DNA of 63,261 nt, counting the filler, from Trichomonas gallinae (taxonomy: Eukaryota), in assembly GCA_008369845.1 (NCBI GenBank). It is 5 parts of 5 records of this genome, joined end to end, with 100 filler letters (N's around TTAATTAATTAA, not from the genome) between each part and the next. Parts side by side here need not be neighbours in the genome. Positions count along the whole stretch, not along the records: positions 4,181 to 14,981 come from MRSU01001327.1; positions 15,082 to 32,015 come from MRSU01001329.1; 3 more parts are not named here. One strand, written 5' to 3'. The translations under genes and the position numbers were made by a program. Each line of letters starts with the position of its first letter. Within the stretch, counting starts at the first letter, position 1. The notes below the pieces were generated by a model. It was not told the origin of the DNA and made no database searches. It saw only the letters and a list, made by a program, of their open reading frames with translations. Positions 10,977-22,250 of this stretch are shown one piece after another.

Positions 10977-12728
10977 ATGTCGAGTGATTCTGATTTCGAT
11001 GATGAAACTGGACAAGTGCATCACGATAATGATGAGAACGAGGAAATAATCGAATACCCAACAGAATCAATCAAAGACCACACTTATGCATTAATTCGCG
11101 GAAATTACTCGAAAGAAAAATCTAAACGTGCTTCTGTTGTGAAATTAGCGGAATATCCTGCCATATGGAACGAAGGAAAGCTTATTTACGACGTTTTACA
11201 TCCAGAAAACTGCCTTCCGCCCGCTACAGAACAAATTGATAATGTTTTGCGCTTTGAATCTCATTTTGAAAGCGGAAATTTATCGAAAGTCTATCATTTG
11301 AGAGGCTACACATACCATTTAGTACTCGAATATGATCGAAACAAATCAGGATCATGCCAATGGTTTTATTTCCAAATCTTAAACGCAAGAAAAGAACGCG
11401 ACTACAAATTTTACATCAGCGGATTCCACAAAGGCAAAAGCTTATTTGATCGTGGTGCAAAAATCTTCTGGTATTCACATATTCGCGCGCAAACTGAAAA
11501 CATCTCCTGGACGAGAGGAGGCGATGAATACTCATACGGTGTGTTTCCAGGACAAAAAGGAAAAGGAAAAAGATCAACAGTTACATTTACCATTAATTTT
11601 CCTTATAACAAAGACATTATTTACATGTGTTATGCTTTGCCGTACACATACAGCGATCTTACGCGCGATATTGGAAGCTGGACTTCTCAATGTCAATTTC
11701 TAAAATCAGAAGTTCTATGCGAAACAGCTGGTGAACGTGAATGCCCAGTACTGACATTAGACGAACCAGGACCAATTGAATCTGAACAAAAACCTTATAT
11801 TTTCATTACAGCACGCATTCATCCTGGAGAATCGAATTCCAGTTTCTTAATGCGTGGCTTTATGTCGTTTTTGCTAAGCAATTGTCCAGAAGCAGAATAT
11901 ATACGTAAGAATCATATCATTAAAATCATCCCAATGTTAAATATTGATGGTGTTATCGAAGGATTTTACAGAGTTTCACTTTCAGGCAATGATTTGAACA
12001 GAATGTGGGAGAATCCTGACGCTGTCATTCATCCAGTTATCTTAAACACCAAGAAACTCTTCAAAAAGCTCTCATCAGAAAGAAATGTCGTAATTGCACT
12101 AGATTTCCACGGACATTCAAGATTGGACGGAACATTCGCTTTTGGATGCCCCAATGATGGCACAGACATTGTCCACTGCGAAAAAATCTATCCTAGAATT
12201 GTTTCATTATTATGCAACAAGTTTTCATGGAGAAACTGCGTTTTTTCGTATCCAGAGGATAGATCAGGTGCAGGAAGAATCATTATACGCACAGAACTCA
12301 ACGTTGTACAAAGTTTCACCATTGAAACAAGTTTCGGCGGAGTTTTTTCCGGCGAAAACGTCGAGTATTTGTACGACGGAGAGCTCTGGGAAGACGTCGG
12401 CGCGCAGTGCTGCAATGGCATCTACTCGTTCATACAGGGCGAGAAGAATGATGTATACAAGACAGCAAAGAAAGACATCGAAACAATGTATCCAAAACGC
12501 CAGAAAATGTCTAACGAATCTGCGATTGAAAAAGATATCGAAGTAGAATTTCCTGATATCGATGAAACAGAAAATGCCATCCTCCCACCTACGGAAACAA
12601 GCAAATTATTTGACGCTAAGCGTTGTACGAATTTCATGAATATTTCTCCTGAAATGATTTCCGATAAACAGCCCGAAAAGATATCCATGCAGTGGAAGCA
12701 GTTCCCAGCCGTTCTCATCAACCTCTAA
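10977..12728 (+). CDS. Cytosolic carboxypeptidase (M14D, Nna1/AGBL-like tubulin deglutamylase)
   Basis: FESHFESGNL, QWFYF, PYTY, ARIHPGES (HxxE), PMLNIDGV, DLNR, DFHGHS, FTIE. Confidence 0.93.
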   Translation: MSSDSDFDDETGQVHHDNDENEEIIEYPTESIKDHTYALIRGNYSKEKSKRASVVKLAEYPAIWNEGKLIYDVLHPENCLPPATEQIDNVLRFESHFESGNLSKVYHLRGYTYHLVLEYDRNKSGSCQWFYFQILNARKERDYKFYISGFHKGKSLFDRGAKIFWYSHIRAQTENISWTRGGDEYSYGVFPGQKGKGKRSTVTFTINFPYNKDIIYMCYALPYTYSDLTRDIGSWTSQCQFLKSEVLCETAGERECPVLTLDEPGPIESEQKPYIFITARIHPGESNSSFLMRGFMSFLLSNCPEAEYIRKNHIIKIIPMLNIDGVIEGFYRVSLSGNDLNRMWENPDAVIHPVILNTKKLFKKLSSERNVVIALDFHGHSRLDGTFAFGCPNDGTDIVHCEKIYPRIVSLLCNKFSWRNCVFSYPEDRSGAGRIIIRTELNVVQSFTIETSFGGVFSGENVEYLYDGELWEDVGAQCCNGIYSFIQGEKNDVYKTAKKDIETMYPKRQKMSNESAIEKDIEVEFPDIDETENAILPPTETSKLFDAKRCTNFMNISPEMISDKQPEKISMQWKQFPAVLINL

Positions 12729-12953
12729 TTTTGTCTTTTGTTTTATAAAAATTATGTAATATTAACAAAAACTATTTTAATCAATAATTTCTTTCGATCT
12801 ATATACATTGAATCAAGAAATTTGAAATTCCATCAAGAAATAAAAAATTATCAATCATTATAATCGTAAATAATAGAAAGATTGCTGTTGATTCTTAGAG
12901 TAGTAAAAATATTTTATTATTTAAACCGAATATCAACCTAACTTTAAAATAAT

Positions 12954-13916
12954 TTACTCAACGACTGGGATGATAACGTCTGTAGCAACACCGCACTTGT
13001 TGTTGTTGTTACGGATCATGCGGATGTAACCCTTCTCACCCCAAGATGGGCCCCAAGAGTTACGAACAATCCAGTATGCCTTTGTGCCCTCAACACCGTA
13101 GCCAACAAGGCCGACAGCGTGGTCGAGAGCTGTGGAGGAGCAGCGGGATGGGTTGTAGACACCACCAGAGTACATCTGGAAGTCCCAGCCAGAAGCATCG
13201 ATAGCAATAGAAACAACACCGCCGTTGTAGCAACCCTTCTTGAGTTCTTCCTCATTCTGTGTTGTTGTTGGGCGGTAGTATGACTTTGTGAGTGTGACAC
13301 CCTTAGCAGCGTTGAACTTGCAAGAGCCATCACGAGCTGTGTATGGATAGTCAGCTTCTGTCATCCAGAGACCCTTCTGGTGCTTGATAACGTAGTCGTA
13401 AGCGACGTACTCATCACCACCGTTGCAGCCATAGCAGTCTGTAACGCAGTCGACGATGTTTTGTTCGGAGAGGGATGGGAGAGCAGACTTGCCCTTCTTA
13501 AGAGCCCACTGGGACTCCTGAGCCTGGACAACGGAGAAAGCCCAGCAAGAGCCGCACTGAGCCTGATCCTTGACTGGGTTAACGATGCCGTCATCACGCC
13601 AGTCCTTAGATTCTGGGACGTCACCGTTGAAGACCTTAGCTTCGCCGATGATCTTGCCGGAAGACTTGTGGCCAAGGAGAACCTTGTACTCAGCTGGTGT
13701 CATGCAGGAGAGGTGGTTCATGGCGACTGTGTAGCCGAGGTTAGCAGCGTTGTGCTCGCGGACACGGCGCTGGTTGGCCTGGTAAACACCGAGACGGAAG
13801 TGGTATTCATCGCCGACGAACATGTTGTTTGTGGAGCGCATCCAGGAGATGAAAGCCTTCTCCTCATGCTCCAAGAAAAGCTTGCTAGAAGCTGTTGCAA
13901 GGAAAGCACCGAACAT
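12954..13916 (-). CDS. Cathepsin L-like cysteine peptidase (clan CA, C1A)
   Basis: I29 prodomain, DWR, QAQCGSCWAF, LSEQNIVDC, GCNGG, LDHAV, WIVRNSWG; C-ending codon bias of a highly expressed gene. Confidence 0.97.
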   Translation of the reverse strand: MFGAFLATASSKLFLEHEEKAFISWMRSTNNMFVGDEYHFRLGVYQANQRRVREHNAANLGYTVAMNHLSCMTPAEYKVLLGHKSSGKIIGEAKVFNGDVPESKDWRDDGIVNPVKDQAQCGSCWAFSVVQAQESQWALKKGKSALPSLSEQNIVDCVTDCYGCNGGDEYVAYDYVIKHQKGLWMTEADYPYTARDGSCKFNAAKGVTLTKSYYRPTTTQNEEELKKGCYNGGVVSIAIDASGWDFQMYSGGVYNPSRCSSTALDHAVGLVGYGVEGTKAYWIVRNSWGPSWGEKGYIRMIRNNNNKCGVATDVIIPVVE

Positions 13917-13917
13917 T

Positions 13918-13927
13918 TGTGAAGTGA
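13918..13927 (-). promoter_or_regulatory. Tandem Inr TCACTTCACA of cysteine peptidase
   Basis: Minus strand AAATCACTTCACAAATG directly before the ATG. Confidence 0.75.
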
Positions 13928-13958
13928 TTTACAAACTTCTCAACTGACCCTTCAATAA

Positions 13959-14152
13959 TTTACCCTTTTTACCCTTTTATTCCAATTTTTTGATTTATAG
14001 ACATAGTATCACTTATATATTAATATATCACAAATTCATAATTTTTACCCTTTTTTACCCTTTTCAATTTCTATAAATATCGTCATATTATATATAATAG
14101 ATCAATATATCCAAAATACGATTAATCTCAAATATTTACCCATTTTTTACCC
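13959..14152 (-). repeat. Three pairs of GGGTAAA (TTTACCC) boxes upstream of cysteine peptidase
   Basis: TTTACCC at 13959, 13968, 14044, 14054, 14135 and 14146. Confidence 0.8.
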
Positions 14153-14981
14153 TTTTGTTCCAATTTTTGCTTATTTTGATATAATTTTGCTTATATGTAA
14201 TGATATTGTGGCGAAGATTATTTTGATTTCAAAAATTGAATTGCGGTTCAGATTTCCTTTCAAACCGGAAATCATGTGAAATACGTGAGTGAGAAAAGAG
14301 TAGTATTGAAATACGTGGTTGTCAAAAGTGTCAAATTCTTGATTGAACTTTTTTTCATCAACCATTTCATATTGATTTGCTTATAAAAATGATATTTTCT
14401 TTAGCGAACGGGAAATTTTCGATATGATTTTTGGAGAAATACCAATAATTTGTAGGATAATATTGTTTTTTATTCGTAATCATGTCTTCTCATCATTTAA
14501 TATCTCCTACAATACAATCAAAATCTGTTCTGCCGTTGCCAAAAGATTGAATTTAATGATATATTTATCAGCAAAAATATAAAGTGAATTGTCGCTGTTT
14601 TGGTTGATTGATCTAAATATATACATTGAATTCATGAATATTTTCAATATACATTAGCTATTTCAGGATATTTTTTTTCCCAAAAAAATTATATTATAAA
14701 CAAGACTGTGCTTTAAGATACAATATACAAACAACAACTATATCATGAATATGAGTGAATTAATGCTCCAAATACTTTTAATATTAAAAAAACACTTAAT
14801 TCATGTTAAATAGCTCTACACTCAGGATACAAGCCTTACTAGTTGTAAAAATGAATAGTTTTAGTGAATTATTTTAGTTAATCAAAAATAATTTTATTTC
14901 AAATAAAGGTATGGAAACTTCGAAGGGCTCTAGGAAATTGCCCTAAACTTTGCAGGTATTATATAGACACCTTAAAGATAC

Positions 14982-15081
14982 NNNNNNNNNNNNNNNNNNN
15001 NNNNNNNNNNNNNNNNNNNNNNNNNTTAATTAATTAANNNNNNNNNNNNNNNNNNNNNNNNNNNNNNNNNNNNNNNNNNNN
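14982..15081. other. Artificial contig-joining spacer
   Basis: N44-TTAATTAATTAA-N44. Confidence 0.97.
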
Positions 15082-15407
15082 ATGTGTGTATCTTTTTTAA
15101 GATTTAAAGTGCCACAAACTGGACATTTCCATCTCATATTCTCTGTATTTTGCACATTTGCTGGAAATGCATTACATAGTTGGCATTTTGGAATGAGATG
15201 GCCTTCTGGAACAGATATTTTTTCAATCTCGTGATGTAGAGGCATGATTTCGTAAACAATTGGAGTCTCCAGTTTCGATATTGCAAAAGATGTATTTGAA
15301 ATTTGAGGAAATGTTTCTTGTATTACTAACTCTGGATATGGATTCTGCGAAAAAAGCTTAGAATTCATTGTTGGAACAAAACTTTCCCTTAATCCAGTTT
15401 GGTTCAT
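15082..15407 (-). CDS. Sec23/Sec24-type zinc-finger protein, 5' partial (runs into gap)
   Basis: IPKCQLCNAF...RWKCPVCGTLN CxxC/CxxC knuckle with the preceding PTM...FP and P..YEIMP pattern of Sec23/24 N-termini. Confidence 0.65.
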
Positions 15408-15857
15408 TTGTTTACAATAATATTTTTTGACATGTAAATATGTTTACAAAATTATTGTTATTCTCTCAACCGTAGTAAAAAATAGCACAATTTTTGATAA
15501 TTACAGTAGTTTCTCAGTTTGTGATAGATCTGATAATTAACTGTCTGTGTTGTTTATGGTGTATAATACAAGACAAAAAGCTTCCATAACAATACACTCC
15601 TTATCTAAAAATACATATACGTTGCCGTTGCAATTTTCACAGGTCACCTTTACATAATGAGGGAAAGTTGTTTTTTACAACAATAGCTTTTTCTCGAAAA
15701 TTCCTCGTTTAATCACGGATTCTAAATTGTCATATCAAATGAATACATAATTCTTAGTAATTTTCCCTACTTACTGTGGTAAATTTTGTATATCATAATG
15801 AAAATAGTAATAATCTAAACCTTTATCTATAAAAATAAAAAAATAATATAATATATA

Positions 15858-18041
15858 TTAGAAATCGACATTCCAGTTCAGTCTTATGTCGGTAATCTTC
15901 TCAAGCATCTCTATAGGCATATTAATATATGAAGTAATTACGAAGAACTTTTCAATCAGATCGTGGAACTTTTGTTGATGGATTTCTACTTCATCCTCGT
16001 TAAAAATGTCCTGTAAATTAATGGATTGAAGGAAAATAATTGTATTCACAATTGTTTCGCCAACAAATGTTCCTTGATTGACAACATCGCGGGAAATCCT
16101 GTTAATGAGGTTTTGCTCGTCGATATCAACGAATGTATCCAAAATTGACTCCAAATTAATTATAAAGTTTTGATTCAGTTTCGTAATATCAACAGTTTCT
16201 TCGATAGCTAAGTATAACTCGAGTAATTTAAGAACTATATCATTTTCAAAGCCAAACTTTGTGAAAATTTCTTTTGAATATTGAAGAAGTTGATATTTTC
16301 CTTCTGTATTGAGTGCATTTGCATTTGTAATGATATTACGAGCTACAAAGAGCGGGAAACCCTTGGCTTTTGCGTCGGCAAGTTGATCGAAATAATTTAA
16401 CGTATCTGGACGTGATAAAGTGATAATCATAGCGCATAACTGATCGAAGCTGAAGTTTTCGATGTTTCCTCTGATTCTTTCGATTATTGCTGGACTGCTT
16501 TCATCGAAAATTGCGAATATGTGCATTATATCAGCAAGATCGTAGAATTCGTAGTTCTTATTAATGTATCTGAGAATATATTTCTTAACATCTTTCAAGG
16601 ATTGATTCGTTAACTTAATATTTGGATGAGCCAATAAATACTTAATGACACGGTTTGCTTCATCGCTTAAATCCTCCTTGAAATCTAGTATAAATGACAA
16701 ATAAAGAAGTCCAAATTCTGGTTCGTCATCGAAAACGCAAATATAATTTTCAATAAAATCAGCAACAAGGAATTTGACTGAGCTAGTAAGTCTATTGTAT
16801 AAAATTAAGCAAATATGAGCTGATTCTATTGGATGTTGGTTGCATTCTATTAATAATTTTGCAGCTGCATCATATTGTTCAGTTAAAATCAAGAATAACG
16901 GGCGGATAAATGCAAGGTTTGGGTTCTTCTTGACCATTTGAGCTGTCTCTTCATATATAAACTGCTTAACTTCGGCAAACATAACTTTATTGAAGATATT
17001 TGAATTTCTGCACGCGTAAAGTTGTGTGAATAATGTGTCTTCGATTGTCTCAAGAAGACAGCCTTCTTGTGTTGGAAATTCGTTGTTTGAAATTTCATCA
17101 ATTGTTTTTGCAACTGGATGATCAATATTATCTGGAATTTCATTTTGTCCGAGTAATAATTCGAGGATGCTGATAATCTGTGAATAGCGGCGTTGCATTT
17201 CTGTAGTTTTTGCATTATTTACATCTTTCTGGCACTTATCATTATATTCACTGTAAAGATTTGTAAGGCCGGCACGGAAGCAAATCCAAATTTCCCTCCA
17301 TCTTATCTCAATTTCATCGAAATTATCAGGTCCATATTGTTTTTCTAACTTTTCGATGGCTTTTTCTTTAACATCATCAACTGTTATGTCATCTGGCTTT
17401 GCAAAGTTGTGAATTCGATACTGTTTCTGTAAGAATTCGATTGGCTCTGCAAGATTTGACAATAAAGTGAAGTAACTGTAAAAAATCGAATGATTTGAGT
17501 GAAGTTGTGAAAGAAGATTGCAGAGATTGTTAATCTTATCAGGAGCACTAAGATTTTCGACTTTTCTCGCGATTTCTTTGGCTGAAAATACGTTTGCTGA
17601 TAATAAACCGACTGCTGTTTCATTGAGTTCCGCATTTGAAACAAACTTTCCTTGTTCAATAATTGGAGAATTGATTTTATTGAGAGTTTGAAGCGTAGAC
17701 TTTCTTTGAATGTCCCACTCATAGTAGATATTCAAAAATCTCTCTCTTTTGAGTATTTGATTTATCGTAGATACACTAACAGTTTCGTAATTTGCATCTT
17801 GTTTTGCGATGTTTTCAACTTTGTTTGCTTTCTTGATTTTCTTGAGTAACTTGTCAGCTTTCGTTGGATCAACGCCTTGAAAGGCCAAAATCTCTCTTCC
17901 ATTTGGAGTTGGATTTTGTCCTGTCGCGATTCTGTTGAAAAACGAGCCAATTTGTTTGATTTTAATGACTATTCTATTGTCGCCTCGTCGTCCTGTCTCC
18001 AATAACTCGGCTTGGCGCTTAATTTCATCAAGAGAAGTCAT
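15858..18041 (-). CDS. Nucleoporin Nup93/Nic96-like
   Basis: WREIWICFRAG (cf. W..IYYCLRCG), TIEDTLFTQL (cf. TIEDYLWL.L), LILTEQYDAA..LL (cf. LLLTGQFEAA..FL), ESAHICLIL; alpha-solenoid, 727 aa. Confidence 0.75.
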   Translation of the reverse strand: MTSLDEIKRQAELLETGRRGDNRIVIKIKQIGSFFNRIATGQNPTPNGREILAFQGVDPTKADKLLKKIKKANKVENIAKQDANYETVSVSTINQILKRERFLNIYYEWDIQRKSTLQTLNKINSPIIEQGKFVSNAELNETAVGLLSANVFSAKEIARKVENLSAPDKINNLCNLLSQLHSNHSIFYSYFTLLSNLAEPIEFLQKQYRIHNFAKPDDITVDDVKEKAIEKLEKQYGPDNFDEIEIRWREIWICFRAGLTNLYSEYNDKCQKDVNNAKTTEMQRRYSQIISILELLLGQNEIPDNIDHPVAKTIDEISNNEFPTQEGCLLETIEDTLFTQLYACRNSNIFNKVMFAEVKQFIYEETAQMVKKNPNLAFIRPLFLILTEQYDAAAKLLIECNQHPIESAHICLILYNRLTSSVKFLVADFIENYICVFDDEPEFGLLYLSFILDFKEDLSDEANRVIKYLLAHPNIKLTNQSLKDVKKYILRYINKNYEFYDLADIMHIFAIFDESSPAIIERIRGNIENFSFDQLCAMIITLSRPDTLNYFDQLADAKAKGFPLFVARNIITNANALNTEGKYQLLQYSKEIFTKFGFENDIVLKLLELYLAIEETVDITKLNQNFIINLESILDTFVDIDEQNLINRISRDVVNQGTFVGETIVNTIIFLQSINLQDIFNEDEVEIHQQKFHDLIEKFFVITSYINMPIEMLEKITDIRLNWNVDF

Positions 18042-18486
18042 TAAATGTGTCTAAAAAAATTTTTTTATTTTGAATAAGTGTGTTTTAAAATTGTTTTGAT
18101 TGGATTTTTCATATTTTTATAGTCTATAATTCACTTTTTCTAATAAGTTTTTTCACATTATCATATAAAAATTTCGAGAAATCTCAAATCAATATCAAAT
18201 ACTTGATAAAATATCTTACAAATTCATATCTTTATTATTTACTATGAATATGTATTATATACAGAGTTTTGAGTTCAAATTTAAAATACAAATTTTTTGA
18301 TTTTATCAACATAAAAAGTTATGTATTTGATTTATGTAGCTTGTAGACTGTTGAAACATCAAGTAAATTTTAGAATTTAACTAACATTTTAATACAAATA
18401 TGAAAATTATATGCTAAAGTATGGATTTTAAACAGTTGAAGCTCTGTAATTTTGGATTCTTTTTGATTTTCTTATGGTTGTTTGAC

Positions 18487-18759
18487 TTAGTAGTGAGGAT
18501 ATGGAGCTGTGACTGCTTGAATTGTAGCATGCTTTCTTGCAATTTGTTCTTTGAGCTCACTTATACGAAGCATCATAGCATTCTGTAATTTTGCGCTTCT
18601 CTGTGCATATAATGTTAATTCATCCCTTAATTCTTTGGAAACTCTGTTAAATGTGTCTATTAAATACTGCTTTTCTTCCCTCTGATGCTGAATAATCTCA
18701 TCTCTTGGATCTACGTAGTTGTTTTCCTCTCCATAATCATCATATTCATAACGCGACAT
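18487..18759 (-). CDS. Small coiled-coil hypothetical protein (~90 aa)
   Basis: ATG MSRYEYDD, heptad-like charged helix, coding-like composition between AT-rich flanks. Confidence 0.65.
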   Translation of the reverse strand: MSRYEYDDYGEENNYVDPRDEIIQHQREEKQYLIDTFNRVSKELRDELTLYAQRSAKLQNAMMLRISELKEQIARKHATIQAVTAPYPHY

Positions 18760-19175
18760 TTTTCTAATTCTTAACGTACAGCACAAAAATTATTTTTTGC
18801 AAATCATATTTTATATTTTTTGATTTTTTATAAAAAATTCCATTAAAAAAATAATTTTAAAGTAAAATTAAATCGATAGGTATTATCTATTTTGGGATAT
18901 ATTTCATTATATCTCATTTAAATCTCCTAAAAACTCATATTGATTGTTTTATCATCGATATTTTAAATAATAAAGCTTTTTTGGAGGTTGTTTATATTCA
19001 AAATATAATATGTTCATATAATTTAAACAAATTCTTTGAGTTATATGAGATTTTCTTAATTAATTTTGCAAATATATTAAAGTATTTTTTTTTGTTTGAT
19101 TCATTGCGAAATGTACTGGCATATTAAAAATCATGAGTAAACTTATGAGTTTTTATTAATAAATCACAAAATCTA

Positions 19176-20012
19176 TTATAAGCGAACATATTTGTTGGAA
19201 TTTGTACCAAAAATGATTGAATCAATCCATCTTACGAACACAAAGAAGCTTCCGAAGATACCGAGAATGTGAGAAATCAAATAAATTAAAGGCGTTCTAC
19301 CAACAACTGTTGTAAGCTGAAGTGGTGTGAAATCCCACTCGAAAATAATAGCAAGGAGGCCTCTATCGCGGATTTTACCGATATTTGTCTTTGTTACATC
19401 AGCCAAAATTTGGAAACCGACTTGGCTTCCAGAAATAACAGGTACAAGCTTAATACCGTAAACAATCATGTAGATTTCGTTCTTTGGGTTGATCATCTGA
19501 GTTCCATGAAGAGGTGAATCTAATCGTAAGTCTCCAAATTGGAATTTATGAATTTTATGTGAAATATTATAGTTGCTAAGAAGAACGTGTAAATGCGAAT
19601 GGACGCCTTCAGAGTTGTTGTAATTCTTTCCGGCACCAATATGCATGCTTCCTGGAACTGATGGAACAGTTCCTTCGGCAATGACGCGGCAGAAGCCATT
19701 TTCTGGCTCAATTCTTATTTTTGAGTGTGTGTCAAGTTCGAATGTGCGTTTTTGATTCGTAATATCGAAATGAACATCATTGCATTCGCGATAAACTGTT
19801 GCATCGACGAGGTATGGGATTTCTCTGGGTAATTCAATCTTTGTGACAGATAATTGATCGAATGATTTTACCATACGAAATTCTGAAATTTCCATATAAA
19901 CATTATAGAGCAGATAAACGAGGGATATTATTGATAATAAGCCACCAACGTTTGTCTTGACGGTTAAATCAGATTTAATGGCTTTTGGAAAAATATCAAA
20001 TGCTCGAAACAT
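19176..20012 (-). CDS. ER-Golgi vesicle transporter, Erv41/Erv46 (ERGIC2/3) family
   Basis: FRAFDIFPK...KTNVGGLLSI N-terminal motif plus TM; CRV.G..VPGSMHI; NISHKIHKFQFG; SPL.G; C-terminal TM. Confidence 0.88.
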   Translation of the reverse strand: MFRAFDIFPKAIKSDLTVKTNVGGLLSIISLVYLLYNVYMEISEFRMVKSFDQLSVTKIELPREIPYLVDATVYRECNDVHFDITNQKRTFELDTHSKIRIEPENGFCRVIAEGTVPSVPGSMHIGAGKNYNNSEGVHSHLHVLLSNYNISHKIHKFQFGDLRLDSPLHGTQMINPKNEIYMIVYGIKLVPVISGSQVGFQILADVTKTNIGKIRDRGLLAIIFEWDFTPLQLTTVVGRTPLIYLISHILGIFGSFFVFVRWIDSIIFGTNSNKYVRL

Positions 20013-20050
20013 TATTTTTTTAATTTTATCGATTTGAACATAAAAATTAT

Positions 20051-20160
20051 TTTTGCCATGTAAAATATTTTCTATGTCGATATCTAATCATTTTTGTTAT
20101 GTAAAAATTTTACACGTCAATTAGAATACAATTTTGTTATGTAATATATTTTACATGTCA
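20051..20160. repeat. Three ~40-bp degenerate tandem units upstream of the ERGIC gene
   Basis: TTTTGyyATGTAA.A.(A)TTTT.c..GTC units at 20051, 20092 and 20132. Confidence 0.7.
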
Positions 20161-20302
20161 GTTTTTAAAACATTTTTTTTTTGAAGAGTTAAGAAGAATT
20201 AAAATGTAATTGATGGAGGTAGTAGTAATTTCTATAATGATTTGGAATAACAAATGCCAGTTTAAAATATTTTTTTCGACAAAATAAATAGAGAAAGGTT
20301 TC

Positions 20303-21469
20303 TTATTTGAGCATCTGCTTAATGCTCATTGAGCGCTTGTCATCCTTCTTCGTGACCTTGAAGACAGCCATTTCGAAATCTTCCTGTGTGACATGGACAC
20401 GTCTCTCTCTAAGTGCAAACATACCAGCTTCTGTGCAAACAGCCTTGAGTTCAGCACCGGAAGCGCCTCCAGTCTCAGCGGCGATCTTCTTGAGATCGAT
20501 ACCACGCTGAAGGTTCATTCTACGGCTATGAATACGGAGAATCTGAAGTCTGCCAGCATCTCCTGGGTTAGGGAACTCAATCTTTCTATCAATACGGCCT
20601 GGTCTGAGAAGAGCAGGATCTAAGCAATCAATACGATTTGTAGCCATAATAACTTTGATATTGTTTGAAGCCTCGAAACCATCGAGCTGGTTAAGTAATT
20701 CTAACATTGTTCTCTGAACTTCTAAATCACTTCTTGATCCAGCACCACGAGCAGAACCGATTGAGTCGATTTCATCCATGAAAATGATAGATGGAGCATG
20801 TAATCTGGCCATAACGAAGAGTTCACGGACCATACGAGCACCTTCACCGATATACTTCTGGACCAATTCGGAACCAGAAACACGGATGAATGTTGTATCA
20901 GTGTGGTGAGCGACAGCACGAGCAAGGAGTGTCTTACCTGTGCCTGGTGGGCCGTAGAGAAGAACACCCTTTGGCTGTGGGATACCAAGAGATTCGAAAA
21001 TTTCTGGGTGCTTGATTGGAAGCTCGATAACTTCCTTGATCATTTTAATTTGACGGTCGCAGCCACCAATCATTTCGAATGTTGAATCTGGGACTTTATC
21101 AACTTTCATAAGAGCAACAAGTGGATCAACTTTTGTAGGAAGAATGCGATGAAGTACCATTGAATCTGAGCGAAGAGCAACACGTGTTCCGGATGGAAGA
21201 CCGGAGATGTCGACTTCGTCGTCAACAGTAACAAGGTACTTGCCTTCGTGGTTGTTTGATGTAAGCGCTTTATTTTTACCAACTTTGCGAACGAGTTCTG
21301 CAATTTCTGAAGGATTTTCTTGAAGATGGAAAATTTCATCCTTTAAATCACGAACTTGTTTGTTAAGATCATTACGTTGTGCCTGAAGACGGGCAACATT
21401 TCTCTTTTTTTCGCTGATAATAGATTCAAGTTCCGCAATTCGTGAAGAAATGAAAGGTATCTGTTCCAT
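20303..21469 (-). CDS. RPT6: 26S proteasome AAA-ATPase subunit Rpt6 (PSMC5/SUG1)
   Basis: [14 protein letters not shown] coiled coil, [76 protein letters not shown]; likely start MEQIPF. Confidence 0.96.
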   Translation of the reverse strand: MEQIPFISSRIAELESIISEKKRNVARLQAQRNDLNKQVRDLKDEIFHLQENPSEIAELVRKVGKNKALTSNNHEGKYLVTVDDEVDISGLPSGTRVALRSDSMVLHRILPTKVDPLVALMKVDKVPDSTFEMIGGCDRQIKMIKEVIELPIKHPEIFESLGIPQPKGVLLYGPPGTGKTLLARAVAHHTDTTFIRVSGSELVQKYIGEGARMVRELFVMARLHAPSIIFMDEIDSIGSARGAGSRSDLEVQRTMLELLNQLDGFEASNNIKVIMATNRIDCLDPALLRPGRIDRKIEFPNPGDAGRLQILRIHSRRMNLQRGIDLKKIAAETGGASGAELKAVCTEAGMFALRERRVHVTQEDFEMAVFKVTKKDDKRSMSIKQMLK

Positions 21470-21821
21470 TGAGAATGTCAAACCGCTTCGATAAATTGGC
21501 CGGCTCATGATTCTTCCTTTTTTGGTGCTTTTTGAAACAATATATATTATTAACATCCTATATACTATGCATTTCTAAAGCCTAATTTCATAATTCATAT
21601 GATATTTTTTTGATTTTGATCTAATCAAATATTTTATTTGTGTTTGTTATATATGTTACAATTGACAAATGATAAAAATATTGTTTTTATTTTTCATAGA
21701 CTTGTTTTTGGACTAATTTTCACTGATTTGGAATTTTTTTCATTTTTTACTTGACAAATTTTATTTAGATTGTGAATTTTACATGGCATTTTAATAGAAA
21801 TTTTAAAAAATTGGCCAGATA

Positions 21822-21955
21822 ATGATTGTATCATTTGTGGAACATACTGAAGATAGAAACGACATTTTCACTTGAATTAGTTCTAATATCAATGATTTAA
21901 TGAATTGATCTATTGATATTTTTTTGTAAAATCCTAATCAAATTTGAACAATATG
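21822..21955 (+). repeat. Dispersed ~135-bp intergenic repeat, copy 1
   Basis: Aligns in direct orientation with 24247-24381 (shared ATAGAAAC.ACATTTTCA...TAATATCAA.GATTTAAT...ATCTATTGATATTTTTTTG.AAAA..CTAATCAAA.TTGAA..ATATG). Confidence 0.8.
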
Positions 21956-22250
21956 AAAAGTAGGATACTAGTGCCCCACATTTTGAAATAGTGTAGTGTT
22001 GTCACTTGTAACTTATAATATCTTTTTTTTTTCTAATGAAAAGAGTTGAATTAAAGCAATAAAACAAATATAGTATATGTTGGTATACTAATACTATAAA
22101 ATCTCCTCTTATTGAGCAGGTTCTAATCTCTTCACAAAATTGATGATCACAACACATAAAAATATGGGGGGTCAAATTATAGAGATCAGTTTAGAAGTAT
22201 TACTATATTCACGTTTATAAGAAAAATATTTTAGATAAAAACAAACAATA

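Noticed and set aside
13380..13922. 180-aa antisense ORF over the cysteine peptidase (and similar shadow ORFs over ilvE, Rpt6 and the SLC13 gene)
   Set aside because: By-product of strong codon bias on the coding strand; no protein-like features
15520..15600. Possible kinase remnant (RSD...VLFM...KLP*)
   Set aside because: Too degenerate to distinguish from chance
21968..22178. Possible MITE ends (GTGCCCCACATTTT ... AAAATATGGGGGGTC)
   Set aside because: Inverted match is short and imperfect, with no clear target-site duplication
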